The notes beneath the pieces are model-generated. The model searched no databases and was not told the origin of the DNA. It worked only from the letters and a program-made list of their open reading frames with translations. The translations under genes and the position numbers were made by a program. Of a stretch of DNA of 64,000 bases, positions 62,270 to 64,000 are shown one piece after another. The first letter of the stretch is position 1. Every line of letters begins with the position of its first letter. This stretch comes from Octopus sinensis (taxonomy: Eukaryota): positions 38,192,001 to 38,256,000 of the forward strand of contig NC_043007.1 of the NCBI RefSeq assembly GCF_006345805.1, in the 5' to 3' direction.

Positions 62270-63657
62270 ACCTCACACCTCTAATCTCTCTCCCCCAACT
62301 TCTCACCTCTCTCTTCCACTTATCATTTCTTTTTCCATTTCTCACTCTTCCCCTTCCCCCACCTATCTCTTCACCTCTCACCTCCTCTCGTCTTCTCCCC
62401 TACCTCTTGTCCTCTCCCCTACCTCTTATCCTCTCCCCACCTCCTACCTGTCTCCACATCTCTTAACCCTCTCCTCTGCCCACCTGTTGCCCCACCTTTA
62501 TCTTCTGACTCCTCAGCTTCTTCCAACTCTGCTCCTCTCTATACCTGCCTACTCCCTGCTTTCCTCTTCTCTATGCCCACCCTCTCCCTGCTCTGCCCCT
62601 CGTCATACCCTCCCTCTCCCCAAACTTGATCTTTACCCCACATTTTACCATCACCCTTTCTCCTCCCCATCTCTTACCTCTCTTCACATGTATTTCAGAC
62701 CCCACTACTGATCGAGATTCAAGCCTGAAAGTGCTGCCCCAGACTAATGATACCAAATTCTTGTACATATTTGATCCGAGTCATTTGAAGAAAGTGATGG
62801 AGAAGTCTGAAAGATCCCATACGGTGAGCTTGAACCATGAGCAGAACATTAAGTACAATGCTTCTTCCTCCAAACTTGAAGCAGACTACTCAATGTTCAA
62901 ACTGACCAGCAATGCCCTGGAATACATCAAATCTGAATCTCCACTTGTTGCCACATTGGTCAGTCTTGTGTGCCATGACGACCTTGATAGCAACAGCCAG
63001 GAGGACAGTCTTGAAGAGGATGAACAAGCAAATGATGACGAGTCCTGGATGAAGTCCAAATCTTCAGTATCTGATATAAGCCTGGTTGATATCAAAAGCT
63101 ACCGCTACCAAAAACTGTCTGTTGACTTCCCTGTCCTGAAACAACGCTTGCTGCAAAACATAATACCCCTGGTTCAAACAGAACACTCGGATGTAAATTT
63201 TGGAGATGAAGCCCTGTTGAAGTTTATGTCTTCGGAAATTTCCTGTGATATCAAAATGGCCATTCTCAGCTTGCCAGACAGCAAGAAATACTTATCGGTG
63301 GTTTCTCGTTTACTCAATGAATGCATACATTCCAGAAAATGGCTGCAAGCATTGAACATCATAGACAGTCTACCGGTGACTCTGAAACAAGAGAATGGTG
63401 ATTTCATCCTGCTCCATGATTTCGTTCTATGTTGCCTTGCCAAAAAAGCGTGTGATGAAGAAGACAAAAAACTAGAGGCTTATGCCAAGATGTTCTACAA
63501 CAGTGAAATCCAAGTGCGGACCATTTTGAATATTGTAAGGGGCCTTCCGTTGAAGAAAGGGATTGAACTTTTGGAAGCGTGTCTTTCCAAAGAACTTTCT
63601 GTACAACTTCGTTCAGCTGTGATTTCCAAATTAAAGCAACTCAAGATATTTTGTAAG
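3901..63657 (+). CDS. ZFYVE26: Spastizin / zinc finger FYVE domain-containing protein 26, joined CDS of 22 exons, 3'-incomplete
   Basis: Exons join in frame via GT-AG introns (6201 nt, 2067 codons, no stop). Collinear motif matches to human spastizin as recalled: PFGNE..LFRFFC..GQFELARACVP ~ PFGKE..LFGFFC..GEWELAQACVP; HSMLYVLQQATRLASLREHEVLDLLQKV ~ HSVLYTLHHLTNLPALREEDVLKLLQKV; LKSRISKLSQVVSEAQWR ~ LQSRLHRLSKVVSEAQWR; AMILFDLACS ~ AMAAFDLACS; LTSNALEYIKSESPLVATL ~ LTSSALAFLKSRSKLLATV. Confidence 0.95.
10490..10577 (+). CDS. ZFYVE26: Spastizin coding exon 2
   Basis: tatacag|T; (S)VGSTQLKSPHHLSWICLLEYLKLEPYELK; AAG|gtattt; phase 2 to 0. Confidence 0.88.
11313..11640 (+). mobile_element. tRNA-derived SINE (family F)
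   Basis: A-box-like TGGCTCAGCAGTTAG, B-box-like GTTTGATTCC, then TTGAGCAAGACACTT and CACTCAGCTGTAGAAATGAG typical of SINE bodies. Confidence 0.55.
12433..12850 (+). mobile_element. SINE family A, full-length copy
   Basis: Head TGTGTGGTTAG..GGGTTCAGTCCCACTGCGTGGCACCTTGGGCAAGTGTCTTC, internal (TA)/(TG) microsatellite, tail ..CAGCATGGCC..TGACTGAAACAAGTAAAAAGA. Other copies at about 11860-12240(-), 14900-15610, 15900-16050(-), 21400-21560, 26560-26770(-), 32640-32810, 36305-36480, 42410-42570(-), 43300-43465(-), 48660-48830, 51890-52050(-). Confidence 0.85.
13430..13665 (+). repeat. Interspersed repeat family D ending GGAAAAGTGGAC(A/G)TTAAATGATGATGA
   Basis: Homologous copies at about 2625-2745, 15655-15870(-), 32820-33050, 36500-36715, 46690-46900, 48850-49065. 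Confidence 0.65.
13714..14537. mobile_element. SINE family A copy (-, 13893-14295) nested inside another family A copy (+, head 13714-13880, tail about 14325-14537)
   Basis: Head and tail of the + copy are separated by a complete reverse-complement copy inserted in the TA-rich linker. Confidence 0.85.
14544..14910 (+). pseudogene. Helitron-type PIF1 helicase relic
   Basis: FVAVSSGIAMTLLKQDSNAHT*LEIP...LLRDACLF, frameshift, IYDESLMYQQHLFKALD*MVKDVLNNNRLFDGKLLIHG. Compare the Helitron consensus AVASSGIAATLL.GGRTAHS.FKIP and IIWDEAPM..AVDR.LRD....PFGGK. Confidence 0.8.
16311..16474 (+). mobile_element. LTR-like repeat (TGTTG...CATAACA, 16311-16460) followed by PBS-like TGGCAATGAGGAT
   Basis: TG..CA ends and internal AATAAA. 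16462-16474 differs by two CpG-type transitions from TGGCGACGAGGAT, the complement of the tRNA-Ser(GCT) 3' end as recalled. The last ~60 bp recur at 21334-21394. Confidence 0.45.
16602..17570 (-). mobile_element. 5'-truncated CR1-type LINE with uninterrupted RT C-terminal frame
   Basis: GSVLGPLLFLVFINDLP..LLFADDIK..KDLGILVD..LVRPILEY..LERVQRLATR..RRHRGDLI..WNKLP, about 294 codons without a stop. 3'UTR hairpin CCATGT-CCCCCT-ACATGG; (TAAC)n tail at 16602-16622. Confidence 0.93.
17835..18195. repeat. Imperfect tandem repeat, unit about 150-160 bp, about 2.3 copies
   Basis: Recurring AAGGATTTATAAGTCAG..CACTA..GTAG..CTACCAGTA.TAATGTAGA.TTGGTACT and TGTGGAACAA. Confidence 0.75.
18230..19663 (+). 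mobile_element. Decayed ORF1-only retroelement, unit 1 (L1/Tx1-type ORF1 with CCHC knuckle)
   Basis: GYGIEMAVQA..LRMVVEGRPPICYLCGEKGHMKVRCP (knuckle 18667-18708), E/K-rich linker, no RT or endonuclease remnants, conserved 3' end 19556-19663. Confidence 0.7.
19860..21337 (+). mobile_element. Decayed ORF1-only retroelement, unit 2
   Basis: RGRKYGTVEVRFANEQEA, RIGKVPLEIKEAWLVAAV, LRVVVEGRPPTCYQCGEKGHIRIKCP (knuckle 20522-20563); 3' end 21260-21337 nearly identical to that of unit 1. Confidence 0.7.
21675..21764 (+). CDS. ZFYVE26: Spastizin coding exon 3
   Basis: tttgcag|CCA; PSDVETLKRDVEFRILLSDASSATDSNTIQ (cf. human RRKLEFLLLSED); CAG|gtctgg; phase 0 to 0. Confidence 0.85.
23490..23851 (-). 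mobile_element. Non-autonomous Helitron, 362 bp
   Basis: On the - strand: A|TCTATATATAC... to ...GGTCATAGTGCTAG|T. This gives 5'-TC, 3'-CTAG, insertion between A and T and no TSD, with a terminal 19-bp-stem hairpin at 23489-23529. Confidence 0.8.
24200..24560 (-). mobile_element. Highly decayed CR1/Jockey-type LINE 3' fragment
   Basis: Reverse strand reads KAQVRPIMEC.. and ..TLQPLAH, resembling YKAQVRP.MEY..LQPL.HRR. Confidence 0.45.
25243..25893 (+). CDS. ZFYVE26: Spastizin coding exon 4
   Basis: catatag|GAG; ELYIFHKL...WPQLYFKCMKDNQHFLESYV (cf. AWKVAYFYCLSNNKHFLEQIL); GTG|gtaaga; 217 codons. Confidence 0.92.
27173..27340 (+). CDS. ZFYVE26: Spastizin coding exon 5
   Basis: tacacag|GAA; EAAISLISSGRFDEL...LKSLVLLVGWPYC...LLESK (cf. 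LSCLLVLLGWTHC); AAG|gtaaga; phase 0 to 0. Confidence 0.92.
28999..29087 (+). CDS. ZFYVE26: Spastizin coding exon 6
   Basis: ttctacag|ACA; TPCQHPALDKGCQKLQHQINLIRWCLEKS (cf. ACDGLWAHLEVLEWCIQQS); AG|gttggt; phase 0 to 2. Confidence 0.9.
29594..30018. mobile_element. MITE-like element with 69-bp terminal inverted repeats
   Basis: 29594-29662 is the reverse complement of 29950-30018 with 2 mismatches; abuts (TA)n. Confidence 0.75.
30056..30166. repeat. Near-perfect palindrome, arms about 48 bp
   Basis: TTTCCGTAATGAGATAAAAAAACC..TTTTAGAACAT / ATGTTCTAAAA..GGTTTTTTTTATCTCATTACGGAAA with a loop of about 12 nt. Confidence 0.85.
33515..34640 (-). mobile_element. RTE-type LINE 3' part with Cys/His-rich insert in the RT region
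   Basis: LYLAFVD..KAFDRVPR, LLYADDLAL, WKQGLESKGLRINVAKTK, CSIYTKGVGRNSIRCTQCKLWTHKKC, SFRYLGD, LHGSETW, RGRPRKTWDEVVK. Confidence 0.88.
34640..35014 (+). mobile_element. Mariner transposon 3' fragment
   Basis: DNA.., WETLPHPPYSPDIAPSDYYLFHSLQNHL, ..LLDRWKSIVEN; ends in TIR-like TTATGGGATGACCCAAT. Confidence 0.88.
35721..35908 (+). CDS. ZFYVE26: Spastizin coding exon 7
   Basis: attgcag|A; ...LVNHSMLYVLQQATRLASLREHEVLDLLQKVSLTKTP; G|gtaaca; phase 2 to 1. Confidence 0.92.
38414..39742 (+). CDS. ZFYVE26: Spastizin coding exon 8 (1329 nt)
   Basis: ttctttag|CC; LYRSFCILKNVQDAIL, VEILENVFSLLFVS, GLLTNEYLVRDILDLLQESL, VVSEAQWRFQLV; T|gtgagt; phase 1 to 1. Confidence 0.95.
39958..40439. mobile_element. 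Inverted (tail-to-tail) pair of SINE family B copies: + 39958-40192, - 40215-40439
   Basis: GGCGGTGAGCTGGCAGAA..TCAAATTCCGCCGAGGTCGACTTTGCCTTTCATCCTTTCGGGGTC and its reverse complement. Other copies at about 6990-7185, 9830-10040, 28588-28750, 46965-47155, 60290-60500. Confidence 0.85.
40645..40916 (+). CDS. ZFYVE26: Spastizin coding exon 9
   Basis: cctgtag|CT; Ser/Arg-rich stretch, then DMLLSNRALLVKCLKQGKFIEAHQVIK (cf. SLLASCILRGNFAEAHQVL); AAA|gtaagt; phase 1 to 0. Confidence 0.93.
41350..41626 (+). repeat. Interspersed repeat family C (SINE-like) ending CATGCTAGCATGGAA..TTAAATGATGATGAT
   Basis: Homologous copies at about 11090-11280, 30925-31218, 31755-31898, 50385-50697 and reverse copies near 32090-32260, 36730-36900, 37830-37990. 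Confidence 0.75.
41721..42197 (+). CDS. ZFYVE26: Spastizin coding exon 10
   Basis: ttactag|TTG; LFKMEDSAEVAEVTFLE...QLASVAAAGV...AMILFDLACSAC...ECK; AAG|gtttgt; phase 0 to 0. Confidence 0.9.
42777..43061. repeat. Long inverted repeat, 119-bp arms, 47-bp spacer
   Basis: 42777-42895 versus reverse complement of 42943-43061, only a handful of mismatches. Confidence 0.9.
43845..44395 (-). mobile_element. RTE-type LINE internal fragment, probably the same family as 33515-34640
   Basis: KAIKKMKTEKAPGPSGITAEMIK..KGGALDRNNYRGIKL.DQVMKITERVI..DEMQFG. Confidence 0.85.
44700..45106 (+). CDS. ZFYVE26: Spastizin coding exon 11
   Basis: ccactag|ATA; ILGFPGFLDML (cf. GIRGFPVVL)...YSFLT; AG|gtatgg; phase 0 to 2. 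Confidence 0.9.
46446..46558 (+). CDS. ZFYVE26: Spastizin coding exon 12
   Basis: gttccag|A; QISSNSLITNYKNYLLSLYKHTQILANLLNDNEPNSS; G|gtaagc; phase 2 to 1. Confidence 0.88.
47190..47286 (+). CDS. ZFYVE26: Spastizin coding exon 13
   Basis: ccatcag|AA; TAIMKNYFKVLDEGPVITIGKMMFGKRIPPH (cf. NPFVLL..LLFERQVPPE); AA|gtaagt; phase 1 to 2. Not in the ORF track. Confidence 0.9.
47740..47991. mobile_element. Mariner-derived MITE in a (TA)n array
   Basis: Arms of about 93 bp (47740-47832 / 47900-47991) begin TTGG(C/G)TTG..GCATAATTATTGTGGCTTTT. The internal - strand reads LPSRWETVIEVDGEYALE*, a mariner C-terminus. Confidence 0.82.
48300..48418 (+). CDS. ZFYVE26: Spastizin coding exon 14
   Basis: ttatcag|A; LEKVAEDLSLNLTHVIVHNCCPKI (cf. 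LSLSVPQVIVSCCCEP); G|gtaagt; phase 2 to 1. Confidence 0.92.
49738..49860 (+). CDS. ZFYVE26: Spastizin coding exon 15 (start of insert absent from vertebrate protein as recalled)
   Basis: gttctag|AT; DLSGNSFGGVIVLNNKGASTSSSNAEKDVRTILTNLVHAMK; G|gtatgt; phase 1 to 1. Confidence 0.8.
50818..51661. repeat. Inverted repeat with arms of about 120 bp around an extremely AT-rich core
   Basis: TTACATGGAAAAATG.GAGCAAGAGAAAT..TTGCAGCTAAGGATAAAATTT at 50818-50935 versus reverse complement at about 51485-51661; the right arm carries an internal duplication. Confidence 0.75.
52319..52533 (+). CDS. ZFYVE26: Spastizin coding exon 16 (DUF547-like, N-terminal motif)
   Basis: tctttag|AT; ...FRDIDLSQLNQIELTCFLTNLVNVLIIHSYMYIAIQA; GCT|gtaagt; phase 1 to 0. 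Confidence 0.88.
52617..53259. repeat. Inverted repeat / foldback element with arms of about 105 bp
   Basis: ATTTGGGAGGAAGGGACTCTGTTCAA..GATGGATCTTGCGAATCCTTT.GTTGCAAACCTAT at 52617-52721 versus reverse complement of 53155-53259. Confidence 0.82.
54245..54712 (-). mobile_element. Short 5'-truncated CR1-type LINE
   Basis: QNIDLLESVQRRATKRIP..LPYSERLVSLGMDSLKLRRLATDL..NTRGHAYK..HFFTLRVAEAWNKL, open to the stop at 54313; (TTA)n-like tail. Confidence 0.88.
54843..54985 (+). CDS. ZFYVE26: Spastizin coding exon 17 (DUF547-like)
   Basis: attctag|GAG; EQQQCWDTLKEML...SIDRIIWLSRYGYQVGQLGIV; AG|gtaaga; phase 0 to 2. Confidence 0.86.
56270..56458. mobile_element. piggyBac-type MITE, 189 bp
   Basis: CCCTTTCGTTAC...GTAACGAAAGGG termini, flanked by CTAA on the left (one mismatch to TTAA) and TTAA on the right. 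Confidence 0.75.
56937..57359. mobile_element. Non-autonomous TIR element containing telomere-like repeats
   Basis: GATCTTTTCGGTTTGAATGGCAGTTTTTT versus AAAAAACTGCCGTTCAAACCGAAAAGATC (1 mismatch); internal CCCTAACCCTAACTAACCCTAATCC. Confidence 0.75.
57470..57555 (+). CDS. ZFYVE26: Spastizin coding exon 18 (DUF547-like)
   Basis: ttttgtag|T; (S)IFDLRYILLRNGLPRPGLLGGLLEDRID; G|gtaagt; phase 2 to 1. Confidence 0.86.
58474..58574 (+). CDS. ZFYVE26: Spastizin coding exon 19 (DUF547-like core motif)
   Basis: ttcttgacag|CC; (A)LDICDPWSMFTPRPDYRITFVISNGYTSSPPLQ; CAG|gtaatg; phase 1 to 0. Confidence 0.86.
59572..59673 (+). CDS. ZFYVE26: Spastizin coding exon 20 (DUF547-like)
   Basis: atttacag|GTA; VLTPELLSHQLEIAERSYLSNTVSVNVSSAGHST; ACA|gtaagt; phase 0 to 0. 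Confidence 0.86.
60780..61000 (-). mobile_element. RTE-like LINE extreme 3' coding relic
   Basis: Reverse strand reads RTRGRPRFLWMDGVRKAL..AREFINDRKAWRGFM. Confidence 0.6.
61279..61666 (+). mobile_element. SINE family A, young full-length copy
   Basis: Highly similar to the 13714-14537 copies over both head and tail. Confidence 0.88.
61855..62011 (+). CDS. ZFYVE26: Spastizin coding exon 21 (DUF547-like C-terminal part)
   Basis: gtgtacag|GTA; VLVPDLLCEYQHDFPSSEEAKVYYNSPWEELLLYIRDHADTELATKLTDFLE; A|gtaagt; phase 0 to 1. Confidence 0.86.
62030..62690 (+). repeat. Polypyrimidine low-complexity tract including (CT)n
   Basis: Seen directly; it generates several spurious L/S/F-rich ORFs. Confidence 0.9.
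62699..63657 (+). CDS. ZFYVE26: Spastizin coding exon 22
   Basis: atttcag|AC; returns to spastizin homology at LTSNALEYIKSESPLVATLVSL and ends SKLKQLKIFCK (cf. RKLAELQVYQK); AAG|gtattt; phase 1 to 0. Confidence 0.93.
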
Positions 63658-64000
63658 GTATTTCAATTTGCTTTCCTTTCATTTTTTTAGATATTTTGAT
63701 TTATTTTATTCTCTTTTCTGCATTTTTCTTCGTTTATGTCCCCTTTTCATATAACATACACACTAGGGATTTTCAACCTGAACTGCAACAAAGAGGGAAA
63801 CTATGTGATTGATTAAAATCACTTTTCAGAATAAATCGTTAATTTTCTCCCAAAAATATCTCTATTAATCCACAGTATAGTCTTTGGCTGACCAATGCCT
63901 TGTGAACGAAATTTGCTAGATGGATGCTGTCTGGAAGGTGTTGTGAATGTTTGTACATTTATGTGGGTGCATATGTATGTATGTATGTATGTATGTATGT

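Noticed and set aside
59497-62768. S/L/P/F-rich ORFs outside the called exons
   Set aside because: Products of pyrimidine-rich low-complexity DNA.
63658-64000. FYVE domain or end of the gene
   Set aside because: Not present; no further exon is recognisable before the window ends.

Overview
AT-rich, microsatellite- and SINE-dense animal genomic DNA. The repeat families resemble those I associate with Octopus (inference). The window holds the 5' part of one + strand gene, ZFYVE26 (spastizin/SPG15). I assembled 22 GT-AG coding exons (3901-63657) with fully compatible phases, 6201 nt or 2067 codons. The gene continues past the window, and the FYVE domain is not reached. Main finding: between two segments collinear with human spastizin, seven extra exons (49738-62011, 309 codons, bounded by phase-1 introns) encode what looks like a complete DUF547-family domain lacking the usual motif cysteines. 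I do not recognise this domain in vertebrate spastizin. Intron 2 carries a nested retroelement block: an LTR-like repeat with a tRNA-Ser-type PBS, a young GC-rich CR1-type LINE fragment, and two tandem ORF1-only (HAL1-like) elements whose 3' end is shared with a SINE family. It also has a Helitron helicase relic missed by the ORF track. Other introns contain RTE, CR1 and mariner relics, a non-autonomous Helitron, several MITEs and many long inverted repeats (candidate dsRNA/ADAR substrates). All homology calls rest on motifs recalled from memory; no search was run.
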